A stretch of 62,615 nucleotides of DNA, the filler included, from Stramenopiles sp. TOSAG23-2 (lineage: Eukaryota), in the NCBI GenBank assembly GCA_900128395.1. It is 11 parts of 11 records of this genome, joined end to end, with 100 filler letters (N's around TTAATTAATTAA, not from the genome) between each part and the next. Parts side by side here need not be neighbours in the genome. Positions count along the whole stretch, not along the records: positions 1 to 7,217 come from LT650346.1; positions 7,318 to 14,522 come from LT650347.1; 9 more parts are not named here. The stretch is one strand, 5' to 3'. A model generated the notes under the pieces. It did no database searches, was not told the origin of the DNA, and was given only the letters and a program-made list of their open reading frames with translations. This document shows, piece after piece, positions 1 through 12,048 of this stretch; positions within the stretch are counted from its first letter, which is position 1; every line of letters starts with the position of its first letter. Made by a program: the position numbers and the translations under genes.

Positions 1-208
1 ACTTTATGGCTGAACTAGCTGACTTAGAAAACAGTGTAAATGAAATGTATGTCCGTCAGGGCAATTTATAAAAAAATGTGCGGTTTATAGAACACATTAA
101 ATTGTTAATACTTGTACAAAGATGAGTATTACTATAATACATATATATATATATATGATATAATTCGTCATCAGGTAATTTCTCTCCCTTCTTTTTCATT
201 TTTTTATT

Positions 209-2046
209 TTAAAATGAAAAATTGAATTGTGCCAACATGATACCAAATGCTTGAAATGGTGTTACACTACCTTTAAAATCCAGATGAAAATCATTAGCAT
301 CGACTTTTCCAAACTGCAACATAATATCACTTAAATCTGTAATATCAACATCTTTATACCAAATGCTTGAAATGGTGTTACACTACCTTTAAAATCCAGA
401 TGAAAATCATTAGCATCGACTTTTCCAAACTGCAACATAATATCACTTAAATCTGTAATATCAACATCTTTTTTAATTTTACATGAATTTACTTCACATA
501 GTTGAAAATTTTTAACCGATGGTAGCAATACTCGGCCACCAAAATTCAAACGATAACTTCCACGAACGAATGTTGGACTTTTATTTCCTAAAATCTGAAA
601 TTTGTCATTTTCATTCACTTCGATTGCCTCAGTTGGTGGTACAATATATCCATCCCTATCGATATCAACGATGGAATATAATTTTTCTTTTAAATTTTGT
701 CCACCATTTTTTAATTTCATGTGACCATTATTATTCACATTTGGCACTAAAACTCGCATGACCCTTGGATCTGTATCTTGTTTGATACGAGCTAAGGCAC
801 CTTGATGTTCTTTACTAAAAATTATACTTGCATGCTCACGTTCAATTGTATCATATAAAGTACATGCTGAACCACCAAAATTAGTACGTAATTTACCAAT
901 GTAGTTACTAGATTTTTTGGTAAATGATGTATTGCTACTATCTGCATTTGTCATATCGAATATATGATAATTTGGAGTTTTTCCTTTTTTACTTTTAGTT
1001 GCAGCCAATATGCATTGAATAGGCTCATTTTCATCATTTTGCAAATGCATGTAATAGGCCGTTTGTTTAAAAATGCCACCTTTTTCTCTTATTATTAAAC
1101 ATTTTTTGAATTCATCCCTACTAAAGTGACAAGATGAAACAGGCTTTAAAGGTGATCGTAGACCACCACTGAATGATGAGTTACTATTATAACTTTTTTG
1201 ATAATGAAACGACCCACTTCGTTTTGTTTTTTTACGTGCACTTTCAGTAGAAAAATCATTTGAGTTATTCTCATTTTCATCGTTATTAACTTCGTCATCC
1301 TCATCGTCGCTGTTCTCAGTTGTTACTACCACAGTGTCAAATTTGGAGCTTAAGTTCCTTTTCTTTAACGTTGATACTTTGACACCAGAAATATTTTTGA
1401 CATTATTATCAGATGGGGAAAGTTCAATAGGATGTTTTGGTGCTTCAAACTTCGGCGGCGATGGTGGTTTCGGGACAGTCCTTTTCTTCTTTTTCTTTTT
1501 ACCATTATTTTTTTTTTTCCTCTTTGATTTTTTCATATTGTTATTATTATTATTATTATTTCCTACTACTTGTTCTTTATCTTGTTCCCCGTCGTTGCCA
1601 TTGTTATCAGTATTACTATTTCTTTCCATCATTTTAGCCTTTGATGTACGTTTTTTTGATGATTTGAGCTTGGATTTACCATTTGTATTATTGCTTTTCT
1701 TTTTACGAGATTTCTTTTTTTTGGGAATGAAATCTTCCACATGTTCAATTACTGTTTCTCCTTCATCGAATTTACCTTCAAATGCACGAAGAGTATTTTG
1801 CAAAGGCTTTCTAACACTTGGACTTGGTAAAAAATCACTCTCACTTTCACTATTTTTCACACTTTGATGCACTTTGAACGGGACAACTTCATTTTCATCA
1901 CAGCTTGATAAATCACCAATATCTCTTTCAGGCGATGTAGACCAAAAATCTTCCTTTTCATTCACCTTCCCTTCATCCATGGAACTATCCAATGCATCCT
2001 CATTCAATTTCTCCCCGTAAAAGACTTCATTTCGAGAGGAGAACAT
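209..2046 (-). CDS. Tubby-like protein (low-complexity N-terminus, C-terminal Tub domain); 3' end interrupted by a 116-bp exact tandem duplication
   Basis: Tub motifs NYIGKLRTNFGG, SYRLNFGGRVLLPSVKNFQL, LQFGKV..DFHLDF...TPFQAFGI. Removing one copy of the 240-355/356-471 duplication gives the ending QAFGIMLAQFNFSF* with the stop at 209-211. The ORF track ends at 331 because of the frameshift. Confidence 0.9.
240..471. repeat. Exact 116-bp tandem duplication inside the tubby gene
   Basis: ataccaaatgcttgaaatgg...aatatcaacatcttt occurs at 240-355 and again at 356-471. Confidence 0.95.
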
Positions 2047-2643
2047 TTATTATATTTAAATATATTATATTTTATTAAACTTCAAGAAACAATTATTTAC
2101 TACTGAAGAAGGATAACAGCGTCAATATATCAGTTATAGCAAAATCAAATTATGAATTAATATTACTATGAATATATATAGATTTTAATATACATATATA
2201 TTGAGGTATAAAAGCTTATACAAGTAGATGTATTTGATGTATTATTATTATGATGGAGAAAATATTTTTTTTTTATTTTTTTTTTCTAACGTTCTTATTA
2301 TTATTTTATATATATTATACTACTATAATAATAAATAAATTCTCCATCACCATTTTTTCACGATCGTGCCAGCCCGGCCAGCCCGGCCAGGCTTAGGTGG
2401 AGGTGAAAAATTTATGAATTTATTAAATTAATTACATACGTCAAAATTTGATATTCTAATAAGTATAAAATTGATGTGTGTGTGCCTAACATTCCAATCA
2501 AATTAATAATAATGGTGGAAAAACAACAAAAAAAAACAACATGTTAATGTATCTATGCCAGTATATGATCGCATATATTTATTTTGCGTAATGGATCAAA
2601 ATGGATACAATCCAATGCATTAATTTATTGATCAAACTGAATA

Positions 2644-4773
2644 ATGTCATTTGCACATAGAAAATTAATTAGATGCATTGTTCTATTTATCGCAGCCATA
2701 TTTCTTATTTTCGTGGATGCGAAAGAAAAACGTCATCATAAGGATAATCAAAATGGAAAAAAAGCTCGTCATAAAAATATGGACAAAATTCAATCTAAAT
2801 GCATTAAATATGGAAAGAGAAAAATGTATTTGGAAGCTTATTATTGCTTTGCATATCATCGTAAGAAGTTAGAGTCAAAAGATTCTACTTCCAAAACGCT
2901 ATTAAATAAATATTTCAAAAACGAAGCATTAGCATTGGCACGTGCAGGCATGAAAAATAATAATATTGAAAATATAAAATTGGCAATTAGTAAATTTAAT
3001 AATTTAATTATACAAAATACAGAAGAAGATGATACTAAAATGCAAAAAATACAATTTCAGATCAGAAAATTAAAAAACTTTATGGCTGCGTCCATAAACA
3101 AGGCAAAAGAAGACATTACAAGCACGGAAGAGCCACACCCGTTAGATACGAATGTTATAGACCCAAAATCACGTATACCAAAAAAACACCCATTGACATC
3201 TAAATTTATAGAACGGGTTGATTATAATGATTTGAAACGGGAAATTAATAATAATAATAATAATCATCATGGTCACAACTACAACAACAATAACATTTTA
3301 AATAATTTTTTAAAAGAAAGAAATCAACCCGTCATCATAACAAATGGACCAATAAAACATTGGGATGTATATAATAATATATCTTGGGAAGCATTGGAAA
3401 TGAATTTGCCCGAAATGATAGATGGTATTCGATTTACAAAATCACGCTTTAATTTATATCGAACACATGTACCAAGTACAGAACAAAGAAATATGCCAGT
3501 CGATGAATTTTTTGATTTATTATATGATATTGAAAATAAAAAAGTTAATTTGCATCGCCGAATCAATTTAATTGATGAACATGATGAAAAACTTATCTAT
3601 CCCTACTATACTGGACAAATGCCAAATGATATCGACTTCGAAAATATGAATTTATTAAATGTATCTATATGTAAAATACTTGCTGGAGGTGATGACCATT
3701 GTGGTGGCCATCCTTCGTTGAAAAAGGATAATTCGCATAAATCACCTACAATTAATTTATGGATTGGTGCAAGCAATGTCACTGCACGATTTCATTATGA
3801 TCATACGGAAAATACTTTTGTGCAATTTTTAGGTAGAAAACATTTTTTACTTGCTCCACCAAATCAAACATCAAAATTCTACCTGTACCCAGCAGGATCT
3901 AATTATCACCGTCAATCACAAATTGTAGATGCATATGATATGAATACCATTGAAAATGAATTTCCAAATTTTTTAAAAGTACAACATTTACAAGAAGGTG
4001 TTGTTTTTCCGGGCGAATTGTTGTATATACCATATTATTGGCTGCATAGTGTTACCAGCTTGGATCCATCATTTGCATTTAGTTTTTGGTCATACCCACC
4101 GCTGGTACAACAACAAATCGATGTATCTTCAAATGTAGCATCACATGTATTTTATAGCAAACTGGAATATATGCTACGTTTAAGAAATAATGATGATGAT
4201 GGGGATACAAATAATCGATTTATTGATGATGTCATGGTAGCAGTAAAACATAAATTTATCATCGACTTTGTCATTGCCATACATGATGGTGATATCGAAA
4301 AAAGTAGTATGTTTATAAAACAGATGTTTATGGAGTCAAAGTTTTATCATAAAGATAGTAGAAAGCAGTTTTGTGATTTGTATTACGTTGAAAGTAAAAG
4401 TAAGGATGAGCAAATGAGCGAGAAAGATAGATTATTATTAAATAAGTGTCCATTATACACAAATAATATCAGTGAAATATTATTACCGGATGTCAAAGAG
4501 TTAATTAAAAAGCATGTTTCAATACGCAAAGATGCGTTACTGATGGATCCATTTACCAAATTAAATGCATTTGATCCTGCAGCAGCAGCTTCAATTGAAA
4601 TTCTGATTCATGCATTGTTAAGTGAAAATATAAATTTTGATCATGGGGATAAATTTAGTAAACAAGTATGTTGGTATATTGAACAATGTTTGTATCCAAG
4701 CTTGTTATTACGATTAGATGATGAAATTAAAGACACACATACTCTTCAGTTTGAAATAAATGCTAATGGTTAA
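2644..4773 (+). CDS. JmjC (cupin-like, 2OG/Fe(II)) hydroxylase with N-terminal signal peptide
   Basis: NLWIG...ARFHYDHTENTFVQFLGRKHFLLAPP (HxD) and PGELLYIPYYWLHSV (distal His). Hydrophobic leader IRCIVLFIAAIFLIFVDA. Confidence 0.88.
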   Translation: MSFAHRKLIRCIVLFIAAIFLIFVDAKEKRHHKDNQNGKKARHKNMDKIQSKCIKYGKRKMYLEAYYCFAYHRKKLESKDSTSKTLLNKYFKNEALALARAGMKNNNIENIKLAISKFNNLIIQNTEEDDTKMQKIQFQIRKLKNFMAASINKAKEDITSTEEPHPLDTNVIDPKSRIPKKHPLTSKFIERVDYNDLKREINNNNNNHHGHNYNNNNILNNFLKERNQPVIITNGPIKHWDVYNNISWEALEMNLPEMIDGIRFTKSRFNLYRTHVPSTEQRNMPVDEFFDLLYDIENKKVNLHRRINLIDEHDEKLIYPYYTGQMPNDIDFENMNLLNVSICKILAGGDDHCGGHPSLKKDNSHKSPTINLWIGASNVTARFHYDHTENTFVQFLGRKHFLLAPPNQTSKFYLYPAGSNYHRQSQIVDAYDMNTIENEFPNFLKVQHLQEGVVFPGELLYIPYYWLHSVTSLDPSFAFSFWSYPPLVQQQIDVSSNVASHVFYSKLEYMLRLRNNDDDGDTNNRFIDDVMVAVKHKFIIDFVIAIHDGDIEKSSMFIKQMFMESKFYHKDSRKQFCDLYYVESKSKDEQMSEKDRLLLNKCPLYTNNISEILLPDVKELIKKHVSIRKDALLMDPFTKLNAFDPAAAASIEILIHALLSENINFDHGDKFSKQVCWYIEQCLYPSLLLRLDDEIKDTHTLQFEINANG

Positions 4774-5411
4774 AAAAATGATGAACACAAATTATATGGA
4801 GAGTGTCTCTTCGTAATTAATGCACACATGGAAAGACAAAACTGTTTTCAAAAAATAGAGATAAATTGTGTACATAATATTACTTTTAATAATATAAATG
4901 AGATTGTCTCTTAGGAAATTAACGCACACATGGGAAAATAAGATTTTTTGATACTGATATTATATTTGTATTTTATCGTAGTGTTATAAATTTGATACTC
5001 GTATATAATGATGGTTAAAATCTAAGTTATAATATTTTTACACTTCTCGTGTTAAAGTAATATGCTCAATACTCAATCGCAAGAATAATATGTCTTTTTT
5101 ATATTCCTCCTGATCTTATCTGTTATGGGTCATATATTTTTTTAATTTGAATGGCCACAAAAACACGGTGCAGGTGCGCATTTTAGCAGGACGCCGGGCT
5201 CATTCGACAACGGTGAGGCTGTCAAAGTGGAAGATCCTGTTGTGAACAACAATCGGTAACTAGCCGGATAAAGATCTTGAAGTGCACGGTTGTGGGGGAG
5301 TATATATATATTGCATAATATATATATATAACTACTACTACTACTACTACTACTACTTGTATTTTTTTAAATCACTTCAAGTCGTAAAAATAAATCTCAC
5401 ACACACATCTC

Positions 5412-6854
5412 TCAATCATTCATCTGATCATCTGACCAAAATGTCTTCTTCATAGTCTTTTTACGATCCATTTTCCCAACATGATAATCTCCATCATTTT
5501 TATTTGCATGCCTTCCTAAATTATGGGAAGTCGTATGAAGTGCAATAGTACCCTTTGCAACTTGGCTTAATAAATTTGCTTCTTGCTTATCTTTTTCTAA
5601 TGACATCCATTTTCCCAACATGATAATCTCCATCATTTTTATTTGCATGCCTTCCTAAATTATGGGAAGTCGTATGAAGTGCAATAGTACCCTTTGCAAC
5701 TTGGCTTAATAAATTTGCTTCTTGCTTATCTTTTTCTAATGACATTGCAAACGACGAACGCCGTGTACCTCGCGTTTTCAGGCGTTTAAGCAAGTCATCA
5801 AGCGTTTTCAAAACGGTATCTAATGTTTTCGGTTTGGCAACACTTTTTATGTTGCATAAAAATGTTGATTGTCGTTTTACTAATATTTTTGAATCTTTTT
5901 TCATAGCAGTTGTTAAATCATCAATCTCCGCTTTAAATACAAGTGTATACTTCGCTTTTGCACCTTTGCCATGCTTTTCACCAAATATAAGTAAATCTTT
6001 AAATAGAAACAATGTACAATTTTTATGTTTTTTCATCTTATTACGTTCTATAATTTCTATGACGCATCCTGGTATTTCTGTTGCATAAACACGTGATGCT
6101 TCTACAATTTGTTCAGATGGGAAATAATTTTGTATTTTCCAAACTGCACGTTGATTTTCCATACGCCGTATACTTTCATTGACATCCATTGTGACATCCG
6201 CTAACAATGCGACACAGCGTTGTAATGGCTCATAATCATCATGATACGTAGACGTATGCTTCAATAATTCTTGTATTAATAATTTATAACGTGGAATACG
6301 TTGTACAGGTTGAATTAACAAACTTTCTAATGTTAATGCACCTCGCAAAGATCTTTTTTTTTCTATCGCCTCAATAAATTTTTTAAAATGTTTATTTTTT
6401 TTCAGATGTATAATTTCATCAACAGCTTGCATATGATTCCCTGCATAGAATGCATAACCTCTTAAATATGGTGCCATTTCTAAAAATGCCAATGCAATCA
6501 TAAACGAATTTTCAGTGACACTACTTGATGCATTTGCATCTCTTCTCAATATTTTCAATAAATGTTCAGAATGTATACGTTTTAACGTTTCTAAATTACC
6601 AAAAATTCTACGTACAGAGTCATATGTTATAAAACTATTTTCTTTTTCACATTCTCTTTGTAATGGTTTGTAATATTCTTCAATGATTTCGTTCAATGCG
6701 CCAACGTATGTTTCCTCTGTTTTCAAAATTTCTTTGCATATTTCTGCACGTGCTGCTAGCTTTTTTCTCTTTAAATCTCCATTTTCACTGTAAAAAGAAA
6801 CAGATTTTGGCAATAAAGAATTATTTTTTTTATTATTATTATTACTATTATTAC

Positions 6855-6901
<47 letters not shown>

Positions 6902-7179
6902 CTAGTGTTACTAAAGGCTGATGATGATATTTCTAATCTTAAATGTTTACCTTGCAACGACTCGCGAAACAAAGCCCTGCCTTCCTCTGCCCTATTTATA
7001 GTGCCAAATGATGGCGCATGCGTTCTATTTGGATTTGGTCCTTTCGGCGTTGTTGGTGGTGCAATAAAATTTCTCCCACTTACGTTTAAAGATGTATTTG
7101 TTGCATTGATATCTAACTTTGGATTTGAGTGACCAAAACTTCTTTTAAAACGATTGGAATATTTTGAATTCCTACTCAT
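5412..7179 (-). CDS. Rho guanine-nucleotide exchange factor (DH-PH); 3' end interrupted by a 139-bp tandem duplication
   Basis: DH motifs EILKTEETYV, IFGNLETL, LESLLIQPVQRIPRYKLLIQELLKHT; PH-like LFLFKDLLIF. Removing the duplication joins the C-terminus to ...GKMDRKKTMKKTFWSDDQMND* (stop at 5412). Confidence 0.9.
5466..5745. repeat. Exact tandem duplication, period 139 bp, inside the RhoGEF gene
   Basis: atccattttcccaacatg...tctaatgacat starts at 5466 and again at 5605, with a 2-nt overlap at the junction. Confidence 0.95.
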
Positions 7180-7217
7180 GATAGTAATTAAGACAACAGT
7201 ACATAGAGTTCGTAAGT

Positions 7218-7317
7218 NNNNNNNNNNNNNNNNNNNNNNNNNNNNNNNNNNNNNNNNNNNNTTAATTAATTAANNNNNNNNNNNNNNNNNNNNNNNNNNN
7301 NNNNNNNNNNNNNNNNN
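7218..7317. other. Artificial contig linker
   Basis: N44-TTAATTAATTAA-N44, which places stops in all six frames. Confidence 0.99.
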
Positions 7318-7719
7318 TAGCAAAAAAAAGAAGAAAAAGCATCATAATACTGAAAATGATCATATATTAGTGAAAAATGGTTTTAAATGGTTTATTAAAA
7401 AATATGTAAAAGGTACGAAAAATGGTAACAGTAAAGAAGAAATTATACGTAACAATGAGAAAGTATCGATTATTATGGAAGTGTTGAATAATAGTCTGGT
7501 TGATTTGTAAGAAGAGAGAGAGTGTGTGTGTGTGTGTTGTGTAGAGTGTGAGTTTTTCAGATGACACATTCATGAATAATTTAAAATTTCAGTTTTATAT
7601 ACTTCGTATTTTTTTTTTATTTTTATAATTTAATTGATGATTTAATGTAAAAAAAATTACGACGTAAAAAAAAATTAGTTTAAAAAATAAAAATAATAAA
7701 AACACACACATCTTATACA

Positions 7720-8880
7720 TCATACCAGGTGATATTGCTTCGGTAATAAAAATTTTTTTTTTTTCCATAAATTATTATACACGTATATACCAAATTTTGG
7801 TGCCACGGAACTGATAACAGCTAAAGCAAGAGATGCAACACGAGCTTGTGTAATTTTTATTCCAAATATACTTGCTTCCGGGATAATAGTGTCATAATTG
7901 GATATCAAATATGTTCTATCCTGTCGGGGCATCACAGTGTTACGATGTAATAATTCACGAAGTGTCCATGAATAACATTTATCAATACGCGTTAATAACA
8001 CTAATGGGGCAACTATTTCTATTCCATACACTGCAATCAAAACAATTGACGTACTGGAATCATCAGGATCCTTGTATATCAAAATTGAATGATACGTTAA
8101 TCCCATTACACCACTGCCAAACAATATACTCAATGGTACTTGTAAATAATTGGCAGATGCTTCCAATACCATTTTCCAAATGTCTAATAATTTTGCTTGC
8201 AACCTTTCCACTTCGGTTCCTCTCATCATTTCCATCAATTCCATTTTTTCTTGCGACACACTGATATGTACTAAAAAAAGACAACGGGTAGATATAACAG
8301 CCAAACCAAAAATTTGAGACCGAAACACGCCAAGAATTTTAAAAATTATATCTTCAATTACCTCCTTTGTATTGGCATTTTCTTTCTCATGCGCATCGTA
8401 AATCACACCAACAGTCGCAGCACTCAATACAAATAACACTAAAACGATTTTTGCAATTTTATTGATGTACTGTAAATCCTCCTCTTCAACTATCGCATCT
8501 GCAAATTTATTCCGTGTATAGGAAAGTGACAATTGTAGCAATAGTCCTAAAGTACAAAATAGACTTTCCCAAATTATTTGAAATGTTTGCCTGTGAAACG
8601 TGTCAAAGTAAGGAGCTTTCAAACTTCCAGTAATCATTAAAATCCAATAGCAACTCCATGAAAATGGAATGATAGACCAAAACAATGTTTTCCAATTCCA
8701 TTTTTTATAATTTCGTATATTGATGGGATAAAGACAACCAAAAAGATTTAAAGTTTGCAACCAAAATGGTTCACCATCTGCATTTTTTTCAACACCAATT
8801 TGTTCTACTTCGATAGAAGACGAATTTCTTCTATCATTTATTAAAGATGTTTGTATGGCAAAATTATTATCTTGTTCCAT
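7720..8880 (-). CDS. Seven-TM membrane protein, gustatory-receptor-like / 7TMIC candidate
   Basis: About 7 hydrophobic segments, long helical loops before TM5 and TM7, and a TM7a-like ASIFGIKIT followed by a final hydrophobic helix. The first ATG is at 8880; the ORF track starts at a TTG at 8898. Confidence 0.6.
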   Translation of the reverse strand: MEQDNNFAIQTSLINDRRNSSSIEVEQIGVEKNADGEPFWLQTLNLFGCLYPINIRNYKKWNWKTLFWSIIPFSWSCYWILMITGSLKAPYFDTFHRQTFQIIWESLFCTLGLLLQLSLSYTRNKFADAIVEEEDLQYINKIAKIVLVLFVLSAATVGVIYDAHEKENANTKEVIEDIIFKILGVFRSQIFGLAVISTRCLFLVHISVSQEKMELMEMMRGTEVERLQAKLLDIWKMVLEASANYLQVPLSILFGSGVMGLTYHSILIYKDPDDSSTSIVLIAVYGIEIVAPLVLLTRIDKCYSWTLRELLHRNTVMPRQDRTYLISNYDTIIPEASIFGIKITQARVASLALAVISSVAPKFGIYVYNNLWKKKKFLLPKQYHLV

Positions 8881-9785
8881 CTTTTTAATTTTTTTCAATA
8901 TATATGTATATTAATAAATAGACAAACAATTGTTTGAATACGTGTTCAAATTGTTTTTGATATATTTATATAATTAGTCTTAATAATAATGTATATGATC
9001 CCAGTGTCCAGATGTCCAGATTAAGATGTCCAGTAGTATAGCTATTAGTGTGTGTGATAAGTTGCATAAATAATTATGGGTTAATTATTATTATTATGTG
9101 ATAAAAAAACATATAATACTAATACACAAATCAAGTTCACATCATTTTCCTTCGGTGATAGAGGCCGATACAAATATCGTAGGGGCCAAAGAACAAATTC
9201 CTAAGAATCCACTAACGTACACCACACAACAAGAATTTGAATAATCATAAAACGTTTTTGGATATTTTAACAGGTACACATAATTAGCTGCTCCCTCCAT
9301 TTTTTATCGTTTTTTTTTTTTATTGACATGCTCAACCATAAGGAGAAGACAGCATTGATTTTCTACCACTTTTATCCAAACGATTCGTTACTTTTGTCAC
9401 GCCTGAAAGTTTGATCAATGCTAGCATAGCCATAGCATTGTTGTAAAACCAAAATCTATAAATATAAATGAAGGATAAAAGTTTAAAAAACATAGACTTT
9501 GCATATTTTAATGCTCTGTACTTGCTATTTATGACACTCAACTTTTAACACCATCAAAATAACAATACACACTATTAAAAAAAACATCTACCAATAAAAT
9601 AACACTACACACTATTGAAAAAACAATGACACACAAAAACATATATATACATACATACATACATACACAGATAGACAGATAGAAAAGAAATAACAAACAA
9701 AACAAAAAACTTTTTTGTTTAATTATTTCAATGTATTATTTTGAATAAATTTGTTACCAAAAAACAAAAAAACAAAACAAACAAA

Positions 9786-11280
<1,495 letters not shown>

Positions 11281-12048
11281 GTTGTTTATCTTCAATCTTA
11301 GCACCGTTTTTGTGATTTTATTTGTACGCAAGATAAAAATTTATATATATATTTTTGCAACATGTTATTTTTTTATAAATATGTGTAGAAAATAAATTGT
11401 CAAAAGAACACATGTAAACCGTGTCTCCATTTATATAAAAATGAAAGTGTGTGTGTGTGTGTGTTTGTTGTCATTTTTTTATTTTTTACAAAAAATAAAA
11501 TAAAAAACAATATCATATTATAAAAATCATAAATATAGATTAGAGAATATTATCATTAGAAAAAAAATATTGTTGTGTGTGTGTATATATATATAATACA
11601 TGTATAACATGTAAATTGTACATAAAGTTACGCGTTAAATAGTACATATCATATGATACCAGCATACCAGTTCTGCGTAATCTTATACACACACATCTCT
11701 GATATAATAATATAAATGATGGTGATGCATGAAAAAAAAAGATATTTATTTTGTTCTTTTTCGTCGTGTACTAAGTACATATGTAATTGTAATCACCTGC
11801 TATTTTAAGGACAAAAAGATAAATAGGGGATATTTTTTAAATGAAAAAAAATATATGGAATAATAAAATAAAAAAAAATTATAATAATAATAGTCTATAA
11901 TACAATGTAAATGCACTAATAATAATTTCAATAATAGATATAAATAAAAATCAATTAATTTCTATTTATACATATATATAAAACATATTCCAATATATAT
12001 TATTTCAATTATACACGGACGAAGACGGCAAAAGCCAAACAGTCGTAT

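Noticed and set aside
1334..1867. Hydrophobic antisense ORFs (also 16347-16754, 32764-33213, 45201-45504, 49873-50400)
   Set aside because: These are shadow frames opposite Lys/Glu/Asn-rich real genes. Their Phe/Leu/Ser richness is the expected antisense effect.
2364..2400. GCCAGCCCG duplicated in the divergent tubby/JmjC intergenic region as a promoter element
   Set aside because: Plausible, but I could not find it clearly repeated upstream of other genes here, so support is insufficient.
209..7179. Tubby and RhoGEF as pseudogenes
   Set aside because: Their only lesions are exact tandem duplications; the rest of each frame is intact.
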